DNA of 63,580 nucleotides, counting the filler, from an uncultured bacterium (GTDB taxonomy: Bacteria > Auribacterota > CAZIXI01), in the NCBI GenBank assembly GCA_964543115.1. It is 3 parts of 3 records of this genome, joined end to end, with 100 filler letters (N's around TTAATTAATTAA, not from the genome) between each part and the next. Parts side by side here need not be neighbours in the genome. Positions count along the whole stretch, not along the records: positions 1 to 22,716 come from CAZIXI010000023.1; positions 22,817 to 45,463 come from CAZIXI010000024.1; 1 more part is not named here. One strand, given 5' to 3'. Of the stretch, positions 19,506 through 30,485 are shown piece by piece. The notes beneath the pieces were generated by a model that was not told the DNA's origin, made no database searches, and saw only the letters and a list, made by a program, of their open reading frames with translations. How positions within the stretch are numbered: position 1 is the stretch's first letter; every line of letters starts with the position of its first letter. The position numbers and the translations under genes were made by a program.

Positions 19506-21187
19506 TGCTGAAACTGTTCCAGCCACAGGGCCAGGGTAAAGGCCAGCATGATTGTATTGCTATGGTCGCGCTGGCCGGTGCAGTGTTCCTGTAATAGATA
19601 GAGGATAAAATCAACATTAATCAGGTCAGCCAGCGGAGTGGAAGTAGTGTTTATTTTTGCCGCCACTATTGTGCCGAATTCTCCCCGCAGCCATTGCGCT
19701 AAGGGTAAAGTCAGCCAGTCCTTTTTCCGCTGGATAATATCCGCCGGCAGTACTTGTCTTTGTTGGAGCATCTGGCGGAAAAGGCACTTGGTTTTTAACC
19801 TACCGGTTATCCCTCTCCGGACTTTAAGTGATAAGGGCAGCTGATGAATAAAGGCCATCAGTTCCTGGTCCAGATAGGGAGCGCGCAGGGTCAGGCCATG
19901 TGCTTCCGTAAAGAATTTGCCTGTTTCCCTTTGGGCAAACTGTGCGCCAAAGATAGCGCTGTTCAACAGCAGTAATTCGTTAAATTTCTTACTGCAGGGA
20001 ACCCGGCAGGCGGCAATTTTATCGCGGAGCTTTTCTTCATTATAGTTTTTACCCAAAATCCTCTTTACCAGAGCGGTGCTGTGTAATGACCTCTTTTGTA
20101 AAAAGACATCCACCAGCGGGGGGTTGCTGAACTGATAAAGCGGCTTATAATTATAAAAGCCCCAGATAGCATCGTTACCGTCGCCAAGCCAGATTAATTT
20201 AGTATATTTGGCGGCAAATGCCGCCAGGGCAAAGGTGGCGCTAAAGGCTGTGCCGGGGGTTTCCAGTTGCTGCACCGCCAGCGGCAGTTGCGCTAATAAA
20301 TTGCCAGTGGAGAGCTCCTGCTGGTGGTGATTGCTCTGGTAGCGGTTGGCTGCCTGCCGCGCGAAAGAATAATCAGCTTGATTTTTAAAGCCTACCGTAT
20401 ATGTCTTAACAGCACCAATTTGTTTGCGGCCTAAGGCCAATAAGGTACTGGAATCAATTCCTCCACTAAGTAAAAGGTCCAGCTGAGTAGTGCCGCTAAG
20501 CGATCTGGCCAGGGCCGCGTAGAGAAGGGCAAAATATTCTTCCGCTAATCTGGCGGGTTTTCCCTTAAGCGCCTTAATTTCCGGCTGGAAATATTTCCTT
20601 TTCTTAATGCTCCCGTGGCGGCATTCCAACAGGGAGCCGGCGGTGAGCTGTTTGATCCCGGCAAACATCGTATTCGGAGCGACAACCTGCCCGAGAGTAA
20701 AAAGGTCGGTTAATGCCGCTTGGTCTATTTTTTTTGCTTCCGGGCACTGGGCCAGGATCAATTTGGCGTTAGTGCCGAAGACAAGTTTCTTGCCGTTTAG
20801 ATAATAATAAAATGTTTTTAATCCGGACCGTTTATCAGCAGCCAGCAATAGTTTTTGTTTACGCTCGTCCCAGAGGGCCAGTTGAAAAATCCCGCGCGGA
20901 TAAGCTAGAAAATTATCCTGGTATTTTTCATAGAGGCAGGCAATAATGTCGGCATCCTGTCCATCTTTATGTAAACAGGATTTTAGCTCAGAAAGATTAT
21001 TAATTTCTCCCGTAATGGCTACCTGGATGGAACCGTCCTGATTAGAGCCGCTAGCACGGCATTGGCTTGAACTGATTATATTTCTTTTTACCTGCCAGGA
21101 TAAATCAGTCAGCGGCTGCCAAGATAAGGTGCCGGCAATACCCTCTCTAGTCCCTGAAAACGTTTTTTCTTGACTAATTGCTTTCAC
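19502..21187 (-). CDS. asparagine-synthetase-like (AsnB-family) amidotransferase with a degenerate glutaminase domain
   Basis: ITGEINN, LLLAADK..G.KTFYY, LSGGIDSS (ATP-PPase motif), LRAPYLD, KKDW.TLPL..W. There is no N-terminal Cys. Confidence 0.85.
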   Translation of the reverse strand: MKAISQEKTFSGTREGIAGTLSWQPLTDLSWQVKRNIISSSQCRASGSNQDGSIQVAITGEINNLSELKSCLHKDGQDADIIACLYEKYQDNFLAYPRGIFQLALWDERKQKLLLAADKRSGLKTFYYYLNGKKLVFGTNAKLILAQCPEAKKIDQAALTDLFTLGQVVAPNTMFAGIKQLTAGSLLECRHGSIKKRKYFQPEIKALKGKPARLAEEYFALLYAALARSLSGTTQLDLLLSGGIDSSTLLALGRKQIGAVKTYTVGFKNQADYSFARQAANRYQSNHHQQELSTGNLLAQLPLAVQQLETPGTAFSATFALAAFAAKYTKLIWLGDGNDAIWGFYNYKPLYQFSNPPLVDVFLQKRSLHSTALVKRILGKNYNEEKLRDKIAACRVPCSKKFNELLLLNSAIFGAQFAQRETGKFFTEAHGLTLRAPYLDQELMAFIHQLPLSLKVRRGITGRLKTKCLFRQMLQQRQVLPADIIQRKKDWLTLPLAQWLRGEFGTIVAAKINTTSTPLADLINVDFILYLLQEHCTGQRDHSNTIMLAFTLALWLEQFQQ

Positions 21188-22001
21188 TCTTTAAATACCC
21201 AATAGTTACTGTTGCCAGGCCAATAATAATCAGCGGCCAGGCACAAAATAGATGAATCTTTTCACTTGTTGTCGCCCAGCGAAGGCAATTAAGCAGAATA
21301 GTTAATTGCCGGCCCAGAAATATCCGTGCCGGCGCGAATAGCTCTTTAGTGGTTGCCCGGCCATGCCGCCAGGCATGGCGAATAAAACCCGGAAAGGTTT
21401 TCTCTCCTAAATGATATATCTTTATGCGAGAATCATAATAAATTTTTTCCCCGGCAGTGATGAGCCTGCGGTTAAAGTCCGTATCCTCCCCGTATTCCAT
21501 CTCCGCGGGGAAATAACCGTATTTTTGAAATGTGTTTCTTCGGTAAGAAACAGTATAAACTACCCTAGCCAATTGTTTTTGGGGCCGGCCGGGGAGCTGG
21601 GCGGAATATTCCATGAAATAATTTGCCCAGAGAAGGAGATTGCTTGTACCGCGATTAGCTATTGTGCCGGCCACCAGGGAATACCCGGAGAGGTGATCCT
21701 TGATCCTTTGCTCCAGCCAGCCGGGCGCGGCCAGGCAATCAGAGGCCAGAAAGATAATTACCTCACCCCGGGCCGCGGCCATACCGGTGTTCCGGGCCGC
21801 TCCCGGGAATAATCGCTCTTTGCTATGTAATATCCTTACCTGGGGGAATTTTTCTTTAACTAATTCAGGTGTATTATCCTGGGAACTATCTACCAGAATT
21901 ACTTCATAAGGGTAGCTAGTCTGTTGTTCTAGGACAGAGCGCAGGCATTTTATGATTGTTGCCGCGGAATTATAAGAAATTACTATTACCGATGCCTGCA
22001 T
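21174..22001 (-). CDS. GT2 glycosyltransferase
   Basis: MQASVIVISYNS, LVDSSQD, AARNTG, FLASDC, GEDTDFN. Confidence 0.88.
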   Translation of the reverse strand: MQASVIVISYNSAATIIKCLRSVLEQQTSYPYEVILVDSSQDNTPELVKEKFPQVRILHSKERLFPGAARNTGMAAARGEVIIFLASDCLAAPGWLEQRIKDHLSGYSLVAGTIANRGTSNLLLWANYFMEYSAQLPGRPQKQLARVVYTVSYRRNTFQKYGYFPAEMEYGEDTDFNRRLITAGEKIYYDSRIKIYHLGEKTFPGFIRHAWRHGRATTKELFAPARIFLGRQLTILLNCLRWATTSEKIHLFCAWPLIIIGLATVTIGYLKSESN

Positions 22002-22716
22002 ATTAATCGCTCGTAATTGAGGCCGGCCAGGGCCAGGATTATTTTGTAGCAAAGCAGGAAAAACATCGGCACTGCCTTGCCCCCATATTTTTGCCAGAGT
22101 TCAAAGAATACAGTGGGATTGTAGAATCGTACTTTTTTACCTAAAACACCGCCGTGCTTGTAGCGCACCTCTTTGCCCCATTTCCGGAAGAGTAAATATT
22201 GATAGCGTCCGTAATTAAAATGCTGGCGGGTAAAGGCAATAAAGTTCTGCCGGTAGTAATGTTTAACAATGATCTGGGGTTCGTATTTTATCCGGTAGCC
22301 CAATTTTTGCAGCCTCATCCGCAAATCTTCATCTTCCCGGCATTCCAGGCTTGTGTCGTAATCACCGCAGAGTTGGAAGGCGCTCCGTTCCAAGGAAACA
22401 TTGGTGCCGCCCATAAAATCAATATAACCCGCCTGTTTACCGGCTAACGCGTAATCAACAAACTTACTGAAGGCAAACTGCCAGGTCTCGCCGTAAATAT
22501 TACCTTGAGAATAGTTTACCATCCGGCCCTGAAAAACAACTTTTTCCTGGTTGTTTCTCGCTAAGCGGATAACCTCCTCCAGCCAATCTGCTTCCACGAT
22601 CCAATCATCATCCAGCAAGGCCAGGAGAGGCGCCTGGGATTGCTGGATTCCCAGGTTACGGGCCGCGCTTTTTCCCCGGGATTGCTGATAGAGATAGCGT
22701 AACTGCGGATAACGCC
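21986..22716 (-). CDS. GT2 glycosyltransferase, 5' end cut by contig edge
   Basis: The frame is open to the gap (RYPQLRYLYQQSRGKSAARNLG...LLDDD) and contains EDEDLRMRL. Confidence 0.85.
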
Positions 22717-22816
22717 NNNNNNNNNNNNNNNNNNNNNNNNNNNNNNNNNNNNNNNNNNNNTTAATTAATTAANNNNNNNNNNNNNNNNNNNNNNNNNNNN
22801 NNNNNNNNNNNNNNNN
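22717..22816. other. artificial contig linker
   Basis: 100 bp of N containing TTAATTAATTAA (stops in all six frames). Confidence 0.97.
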
Positions 22817-23621
22817 GTGAGGCATCGCGCATCCGTTGGTATTCCACATCCGTCAGGGTCTGGGCCGGAGCAACAGTAACCGAATCACCCGTATGCACAC
22901 CCATGGGATCAAAATTCTCTATCGAACAGATAATAACCACATTATCTTTAAGATCACGCATCACCTCCAATTCAAATTCTTTCCAACCAATCACCGATTC
23001 CTCAATCAGGATCTCACTGATCATACTGCAATCCAAACCTTTCTGGGCAATAACCTTAAATTCCTCCCGGTTATAGGCCACCCCGCCGCCTAAACCACCC
23101 AGGGTAAAACTCGCGCGGACAATAACCGGAAAGCCAATGACCTCAACTACCTCCAGGGCTTCCTCCAGGCTATAGGCTCGTCCGCTTCGGGGCAGATCCA
23201 AACCAATCTTTTTCATCGCTTCTTTAAACAGTTCCCGGTCCTCCGCCTTTTTAATCGCGGTGATATCAGCCCCGATTGTCTCTACCTGGAATTTCTCTAA
23301 AATACCCATCTCCGCCATTTTTACAGTGGTATTGAGTGCTGTCTGACCGCCAAGAGTGGGCAGCAGGGCATCTGGCTTTTCTTTTTCAATAATCTTACCC
23401 ACTATTTCCGGGGTAATTGGTTCGATATAAATCCTGTCCGCCATCAGCGGGTCGGTCATGATAGTGGCCGGATTACTGTTTACCAGCACCACATCAAAAC
23501 CCTCCGCCTTCAGCACCTTACAGGCCTGGGTACCGGAATAATCAAATTCACAGGCCTGCCCGATCACTATCGGACCGGAACCAATAATAAGAATTTTTTT
23601 AATATCTGTTCTTTTCGGCAT
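22817..23621 (-). CDS. carB: carbamoyl-phosphate synthase large subunit, N-terminal fragment (cut by contig edge)
   Basis: [34 protein letters not shown]...MGVHTGDS. Confidence 0.95.
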
Positions 23622-23624
23622 AAT

Positions 23625-24740
23625 TTATTTTTTACATTTTTTTATTAACTCAATAAACTCATCAAAAAGATACTTTGCGTCATTCGGCCCGGGAGAGGCC
23701 TCCGGATGGAACTGCACCGAAAAGGCCGGTATTTTGGTGTGCCGGATCCCTTCACAGGTACGGTCATTCAGATTAATATGGGTCACTTCCACATCATTAT
23801 CAGCGGCGAAATAATATTTACCGCCCTGCTCTTTCATCTCCACACAAAATCCATNNNNNNNNNNNNNNNNNGTAATGGCGATTCTGCCGCTGCGCACATC
23901 CATTACCGGCTGATTGGCCCCATGATGGCCAAACTTCAACTTATAGGTCTTTCCTCCCAGAGCCTGCCCAAGCATCTGATGCCCCAGACAAATACCAAAA
24001 ACAGGCAGTTTTCCCAGTAACTGCTTCAACGTTTCCACCACATAGGTAACCGCCGCCGGGTCACCCGGCCCGTTAGAAAGCATCAAACCATCCGGCTGCA
24101 GCGCCAGAATCTCCTTACTAGTTGTGCGGGCTGGCACAACAGTAACCTCACATCCGCGTTTACTCAATTCCCGCATAATATTGTATTTAGCACCGCAATC
24201 AATCAGTACTACCTTATATTGGGCATTTTCCTCTGCCGGCCACTGGTATTTTTCTCCCACAGTTACTTCCTGCACCAGATCCCGTCCCACCATCTCCGGC
24301 ACCTGCTCCAGTTTCTTTAACAGGCTCTTTACATTATCATCTTCAGTGGAAATGATCCCTTTCATCGCCCCGGCCTGGCGGATATGTTTAGTGATAGCGC
24401 GTGTATCCACACCTTCCAGACCGATAATCCCCTGTTCCCGCAAATATTCAGCCAGGGACTTTTCTGAACGCCAATTACTGGCAATCAGACTGCATTCTTT
24501 AATGATAAAACCATCCAGAAAGATCTTCCGCGCCTCTTCATCCTGGGAATTGATCCCGTAATTACCAATCAGAGGATAGGTCATAGTCACCATCTGCCCT
24601 TTATAGGAGGGATCGGTAAGGATCTCCTGGTAACCGGCCATACTGGTATTAAAAACCACCTCACCGGCCGCCTCGCCGGCAGCGCCAAAAGACCTGCCCT
24701 GAAAAACTGTACCGTCTGCTAAAACTAATCGTGCTTTCAT
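23625..24740 (-). CDS. carA: carbamoyl-phosphate synthase small subunit (17-N gap at 23855-23871)
   Basis: [38 protein letters not shown]. Confidence 0.95.
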   Translation of the reverse strand: MKARLVLADGTVFQGRSFGAAGEAAGEVVFNTSMAGYQEILTDPSYKGQMVTMTYPLIGNYGINSQDEEARKIFLDGFIIKECSLIASNWRSEKSLAEYLREQGIIGLEGVDTRAITKHIRQAGAMKGIISTEDDNVKSLLKKLEQVPEMVGRDLVQEVTVGEKYQWPAEENAQYKVVLIDCGAKYNIMRELSKRGCEVTVVPARTTSKEILALQPDGLMLSNGPGDPAAVTYVVETLKQLLGKLPVFGICLGHQMLGQALGGKTYKLKFGHHGANQPVMDVRSGRIAIXXXXXXXGFCVEMKEQGGKYYFAADNDVEVTHINLNDRTCEGIRHTKIPAFSVQFHPEASPGPNDAKYLFDEFIELIKKCKK

Positions 24741-24850
24741 AATAAGATTTTGCTTAATTTTTAAGCATTCATTACCGTCGGTAAAAGGAGTTGGAGAATA
24801 ATATCATATCGGTCAGTCTCTGCCAAGTGAAAATGTCCAGATTTTCAACC

Positions 24851-25813
24851 TTAATCAGCAATATCCAAAAGGGAAAATCTCAGGCCGGTAACCACTGCCG
24901 CCATACTCTCATAATCAAGCGTCTGATAAGTATCAGCGGCACTATGATAATAGGCATTACGGTAAAAAGCGGTATCGGTAACCATCACTGCCGGATAACC
25001 CTCCTGCCAGAAAGACCAATGATCAGAAAAATCCACCCCGGGTACAAAACCGAAAGTTGTCACCGATTCTAGCGGAAATTGACTTTTTTGCTTAAAAGCA
25101 CAGGCTACCTGACTAACCAGCCAGCGGGAAGGAAAATTACCAATTACCCCAATAAAATTAGCCTTATTAGGATAGAAAAGGCCAAATAAAGGCGGATACC
25201 GTTGGGAATTAGGCTTTTGGGAATAAGAACCGATCATTTCCAGAATAATCACAGCCTTGATGTCCTCCCCCTCCAGTTTGGCCTGCCGGCTATAGACCCG
25301 GCTGCCCATCTGTTCGGTTTTAAAAAACGGCGGTTCCTCATTAACAAAGGCAATAAACCTGATCGTGCGTTTAGTCTGCTGATCCTTCAATTGCCGGGCC
25401 AGTTCCAGCAACCCGGCCACTCCACTGGCATTATCATCCGCCCCGGGATTAAAACAACTGTCATAATGCGCCCCCACAATCACAATCTCCTCCGGGTGCT
25501 TGTTTCCCGGTTTAGCGGCAATGATATTACTCACCTGCTTGCCGGACGCATAATAATCCTGGTACTCTACCTGATAACCAAATAAAGTCAGTTGTTCACT
25601 GATATACTTCTTGGCCTCTTCCAAGTTGTCATATTGAAACACACTCCGCTCCCCGATCTCCTGCGAAAGACGATAGACATGCGCCTGCAGCCGCGTCGCC
25701 AGCTGCGCATCCGTCTGCCGAATCACTTGCTGCCCACTAGTCCAGAGGCGCCAGCCATGCATGGAGAGGAAACCAAAAAGCAAGGTAACAACAATGATAA
25801 TTAATAAACGCAT
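24851..25813 (-). CDS. M28-family peptidase, membrane-anchored or secreted
   Basis: VGAHYDS, GADDNASG, FVNEEPP, SDHWSF, YH...DT. The start is placed after the GGAGG RBS. Confidence 0.9.
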   Translation of the reverse strand: MRLLIIIVVTLLFGFLSMHGWRLWTSGQQVIRQTDAQLATRLQAHVYRLSQEIGERSVFQYDNLEEAKKYISEQLTLFGYQVEYQDYYASGKQVSNIIAAKPGNKHPEEIVIVGAHYDSCFNPGADDNASGVAGLLELARQLKDQQTKRTIRFIAFVNEEPPFFKTEQMGSRVYSRQAKLEGEDIKAVIILEMIGSYSQKPNSQRYPPLFGLFYPNKANFIGVIGNFPSRWLVSQVACAFKQKSQFPLESVTTFGFVPGVDFSDHWSFWQEGYPAVMVTDTAFYRNAYYHSAADTYQTLDYESMAAVVTGLRFSLLDIAD

Positions 25814-25878
25814 AAGTACCTCCATTATAATCTATTCAAACATGCAAGGCAATCTCTTTCGCCCGCCCGGCAAAACAA

Positions 25879-25907
25879 TTGACCGATTAGACGTAAAGTG
25901 CTAAAAT
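25879..25907 (+). promoter_or_regulatory. sigma70-type promoter of glnA1
   Basis: TTGACC, 17 nt, TG-c-TAAAAT. Confidence 0.65.
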
Positions 25908-25953
25908 TTTAGGCAGAATTCAAATCCGCAATCCAAATTTGAAGGAGGTTTAC

Positions 25954-27282
25954 ATGACTGCAAAAAAAGATAAAAACTATGTTTTAAGGATGGTAAAAGA
26001 AAATAAAATTAAGTTTATTCGTTTATGTTTCACCGATGTTCTGGGATTTCTAAAAAGTTTTGATATCACCGCCGATGAACTGCCCCTGGCCCTGGAAGAA
26101 GGTACGGGTTTTGATGGTTCCAGTATTGAAGGCTTTGCCCGCATTGAAGAAAGCGACGTAATGGCCCTGCCCGATCCGTCTACCTTTCATATCATGCCCG
26201 CTAACATCGGCGAAGAAGGCGTGGCCCGGATGTTCTGCGATGTGCTGGATACCAATGGTAAACCCTACCCCGGCGATCCGCGCTATGTACTAAAACGCAA
26301 CCTGGCCCGTGCGCAAAAATTGGGTTTTAAGTTTTTTGTCGGTCCGGAACTGGAGTATTTCTATTTTAAAGACAAAGATACCCCGGAACCCCTGGAACGA
26401 GCCGGCTATTTTGACGCGGAAACCGATATCCTGCGGGCGGTACGCAAAGAAACCGCCCTTACCCTGGAAGCAATGGGCATACCGGTAGAATGTACCCATC
26501 ACGAAGTGGCCAGCTCCCAGCATGAAATTGACCTGCGTTACACCGATGCCCTGACCATGGCGGATAACGTGATGACCTACCGTCTGGTAGTTAAAGAAGT
26601 GGCCCGCAAACACGGGGTTTACGCCACCTTCATGCCCAAACCCCTTTTCGGCATTAACGGCAGCGGCATGCACGTGCATATGTCACTTTTTAAAGGCAAT
26701 CGTAACGCCTTTTTTGATCCCAAAGATAAACAGCACCTGTCCAAAACAGCTAAAGCCTTTACCGCCGGCATCCTCCGGCACGTACCAGAACTTACAGCCA
26801 TCACCAATCAATGGGTAAATTCCTATAAACGCCTGGTTCCCGGCTATGAAGCCCCGGTCTATATCTGCTGGGCGCAGATGAACCGTTCCGCCCTGGTACG
26901 CATCCCCGCCTACCGCAAGGGCAAAGAAAAGGCCACCCGGGTGGAGTTCCGTTCCCCGGACCCGTCCTGCAACCCTTACCTGGCCTTTGCCGCTATGCTG
27001 GCCGCCGGCCTGGAGGGAATCGAGAAAAAATATACATTAGGCAATCCGGCAACCGATAATATTTACCACATGGGAGAGGAACAGCGAAAGAAAAAAGGAA
27101 TTCATTCACTGCCCGATGACCTCTACGAAGCAATCAAACTCACCGAGCAAAGCAAATTGATTAAACAAGCCCTGGGAGAAAACGTCTTCCAATACTTCAT
27201 CCTCAATAAAAAACTGGAATGGAACGAATACAAGGCCCAGGTCAGTAAATACGAAATAGATAAGTATTATTCGATTTTATAG
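25954..27282 (+). CDS. glnA: glutamine synthetase type I-alpha (copy 1)
   Basis: FDGSSIEG, HHEVA..QHEI, PKPLFGINGSGMH, NRSALVRIP, EFRSPDPSCNPY; AAGGAGG RBS. Confidence 0.95.
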   Translation: MTAKKDKNYVLRMVKENKIKFIRLCFTDVLGFLKSFDITADELPLALEEGTGFDGSSIEGFARIEESDVMALPDPSTFHIMPANIGEEGVARMFCDVLDTNGKPYPGDPRYVLKRNLARAQKLGFKFFVGPELEYFYFKDKDTPEPLERAGYFDAETDILRAVRKETALTLEAMGIPVECTHHEVASSQHEIDLRYTDALTMADNVMTYRLVVKEVARKHGVYATFMPKPLFGINGSGMHVHMSLFKGNRNAFFDPKDKQHLSKTAKAFTAGILRHVPELTAITNQWVNSYKRLVPGYEAPVYICWAQMNRSALVRIPAYRKGKEKATRVEFRSPDPSCNPYLAFAAMLAAGLEGIEKKYTLGNPATDNIYHMGEEQRKKKGIHSLPDDLYEAIKLTEQSKLIKQALGENVFQYFILNKKLEWNEYKAQVSKYEIDKYYSIL

Positions 27283-27290
27283 GAAAATTA

Positions 27291-27728
27291 ATGAAAATAT
27301 TAAAAGTATTGCCTATTCTTATCATTCTAGGCTTATTAACCTCCTGCTCTTGCGGCCCCCAAAAGCCAGGCAATATAACCTCAGAAGAAGAACTCTTAAA
27401 GGTAGTCCAACAGGCCGTTAACAAAAAAGATGTAGCTACCATTATGAAGCTTGGCCACTGGAGTAATGTCCCACAAAAAATGGAAGACGGTATGCGCAGG
27501 CATATCCCCGACTGTTTTGATTACCAGGACCCGAAATTCAGCCTGCGCGAAATGACCCCCAAGGAACGTGAACCCGTACAGGCAGCCAGCGGAAAAACAT
27601 ACACCTGGAACATGCAACCGGTCGGTTATCTGGTAGTGGAAGGCAGCAACCCGGGAGACGGCAGCCTCAGTATCCCCTTCGGCAAACTGAACGGCAAGTA
27701 TTACATCACCACCCGCCTGCCTAAATAA
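27291..27728 (+). CDS. hypothetical lipoprotein
   Basis: Lipobox LLTSC after a hydrophobic stretch; lies 8 bp after glnA1. Confidence 0.7.
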   Translation: MKILKVLPILIILGLLTSCSCGPQKPGNITSEEELLKVVQQAVNKKDVATIMKLGHWSNVPQKMEDGMRRHIPDCFDYQDPKFSLREMTPKEREPVQAASGKTYTWNMQPVGYLVVEGSNPGDGSLSIPFGKLNGKYYITTRLPK

Positions 27729-27733
27729 AGAAT

Positions 27734-27779
27734 AAAAAAGACCCTGTCTCACTTGCGTAAGACAGGGTCTTTTGTTTTT
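27734..27779. terminator. bidirectional intrinsic terminator
   Basis: AAAAGACCCTGTCT-loop-AGACAGGGTCTTTT with A and T runs on both sides, between convergent genes. Confidence 0.85.
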
Positions 27780-27800
27780 CGCTTTCTGCTATTCTACTAC

Positions 27801-29186
<1,386 letters not shown>

Positions 29187-29223
29187 TCACCACGGCAACC
29201 ATCTGCCTAGTTAATAGAGGCCT

Positions 29224-29253
29224 ATCTTAACTTTAATCGACATAACATGTCAA
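29224..29253 (-). promoter_or_regulatory. sigma70-type promoter of gdhA
   Basis: Minus strand TTGACA (29253-29248), 18 nt, TAAGAT. Confidence 0.55.
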
Positions 29254-29270
29254 CAGAAAAACGACTTATT

Positions 29271-29343
29271 TCGGCAATTTTGCCGATTATATCCACCACT
29301 ATTGCCGTTAAATTAAATATGATATTTATCGGCAATATTGCCG
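29271..29343. promoter_or_regulatory. paired palindromic operators TCGGCAATTTTGCCGA (29271-29286) and CGGCAATATTGCCG (29330-29343), plus half-site ATTGCCG (29301)
   Basis: Read directly from the gdhA/nrpR divergent intergenic region. The assignment to NrpR is inferred. Confidence 0.65.
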
Positions 29344-29351
29344 TATTTTTG

Positions 29352-29380
29352 TTGACATGCTTCTGATCTTTCGGTAAAAT
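29352..29380 (+). promoter_or_regulatory. sigma70-type promoter of nrpR
   Basis: TTGACA, 17 nt, TAAAAT. Confidence 0.7.
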
Positions 29381-29430
29381 AAGGGTGAATTTTGCCTAAT
29401 CTTCAGGCAGAAAAAGGATAGCAAATTTAT

Positions 29431-30429
29431 ATGGATATTAAAACCCAAAAGAAAATAACCGCTATTTTACAGGTGTTGCGGGAAGCGAAAAAACCTGTGG
29501 GCGGTACACGAATTGCCAACCAGGTTAAGCGCTACGGTATTAATCTCAGCCCGAGGACTGCCCGTTATTACCTGGCCATTACCGATAAGACACAGCTGAC
29601 CAAAAATTACGGTAAACGCGGCCGTTTGCTTACCGCTGCCGGCCGGGAAGAATTAGCTAAATCGTTTATTTTCGAAAAGGTGGGATTGGTGGCCGCGAAA
29701 ATTGACGGGCTTTCCTACCAGATGGATTTTTCGTTATCTACGCTCAAGGGAAATATAATTCTTAATATCTCCACTATTCATAATAAGAATATCAACAAAG
29801 CCCGGCAGCATATCCAGTTGGCCTTTAAAGAAAAATTAGGCATGGGTAAATATTTTATTATTGCTAAGTCCGGTACAACACTGGGAAATTATACAGTGCC
29901 GCCGGAACAAACGGCTATCGGCACTATCTGTAGTGTAACCATTAACGGTATCCTGCTTAAACACGGGATCCCGATCAGCTCCCGCTTCGGCGGACTGCTG
30001 GAAATGAAAAACCACCAGCCGGTACGTTTTACGCAGATTATTTATTATGACGGATCCACCTTGGATCCACTGGAGATTTTTATTAAGGGAAGGATGACAA
30101 GTGTCAGTCAAACGGCCCGTACCGGTAACGGCTTAATCGGCGCAAGCTTCCGGGAAATCCCGGCAATTGCTATCGGCGCCGCCCATAAACTGAAGAAAAA
30201 ACTGGATAAAATCGGCCTCTACGGTATTTTAATGATCGGTAATCCGGGACAGCCGCTGCTGGATATCCCGGTCAACGAAGGCAAGGCGGGCATGATTGTG
30301 TTCGGCGGCCTTAATCCAGTTGCTGCAGCAGAAGAGAACGGCCTGGGCACCAAAAATATCGCTATGGGAACGTTGTTCCCGTTTAAAGACCTACTGCCCC
30401 CCGATTTCATCGGGGGACTGCCGTTATAG
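29431..30429 (+). CDS. nrpR: NrpR nitrogen regulator (wHTH plus NRD/DUF128 domains)
   Basis: N-terminal wHTH (ILQVL...RTARYYL...GKRGRLLTAAG); TICSVTINGILLKHGIP; GTLDPLE-like motif (GSTLDPLEIFI); GGLNPVAA. Confidence 0.9.
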   Translation: MDIKTQKKITAILQVLREAKKPVGGTRIANQVKRYGINLSPRTARYYLAITDKTQLTKNYGKRGRLLTAAGREELAKSFIFEKVGLVAAKIDGLSYQMDFSLSTLKGNIILNISTIHNKNINKARQHIQLAFKEKLGMGKYFIIAKSGTTLGNYTVPPEQTAIGTICSVTINGILLKHGIPISSRFGGLLEMKNHQPVRFTQIIYYDGSTLDPLEIFIKGRMTSVSQTARTGNGLIGASFREIPAIAIGAAHKLKKKLDKIGLYGILMIGNPGQPLLDIPVNEGKAGMIVFGGLNPVAAAEENGLGTKNIAMGTLFPFKDLLPPDFIGGLPL

Positions 30430-30471
30430 GAATGGATATAGACTGCCCCCCGATTTCATCGGGGGACTGCC
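30393..30471 (+). repeat. BIME-like element: hairpin-linker-hairpin with ACTGCC every 24-25 nt
   Basis: ACTGCCCCCCGATTTCATCGGGGG occurs twice, separated by ACTGCCGTTATAGGAATGGATATAG. It overlaps the last nrpR codons. Confidence 0.85.
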
Positions 30472-30485
30472 CGGAGGAGCGACTA

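Noticed and set aside
22761..22772. TTAATTAATTAA palindrome inside N-runs (also 45508-45519)
   Set aside because: It is an artificial six-frame-stop linker used to concatenate contigs, so gene adjacency across it is meaningless.
23855..23871. Insertion or frameshift in carA
   Set aside because: This is a scaffold gap of estimated size within the conserved TSQNHGF motif, and the frame is preserved.
24741..24850. ARG box or PyrR attenuator upstream of carA
   Set aside because: Only a half-site (AATGAAT) and short palindromes (TTACCG-A-CGGTAA) are present, which is not enough to assign a regulator.
30393..30471. Mini CRISPR array
   Set aside because: It has only two 24-nt hairpin units, the 'spacer' is itself a conserved repeat found elsewhere, and there are no cas genes.
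30432..30485. N-terminal extension MDIDCPPISSGDCPEERL of the metallophosphoesterase
   Set aside because: It is a translation of the repeat element. The RBS supports the ATG at 30486.
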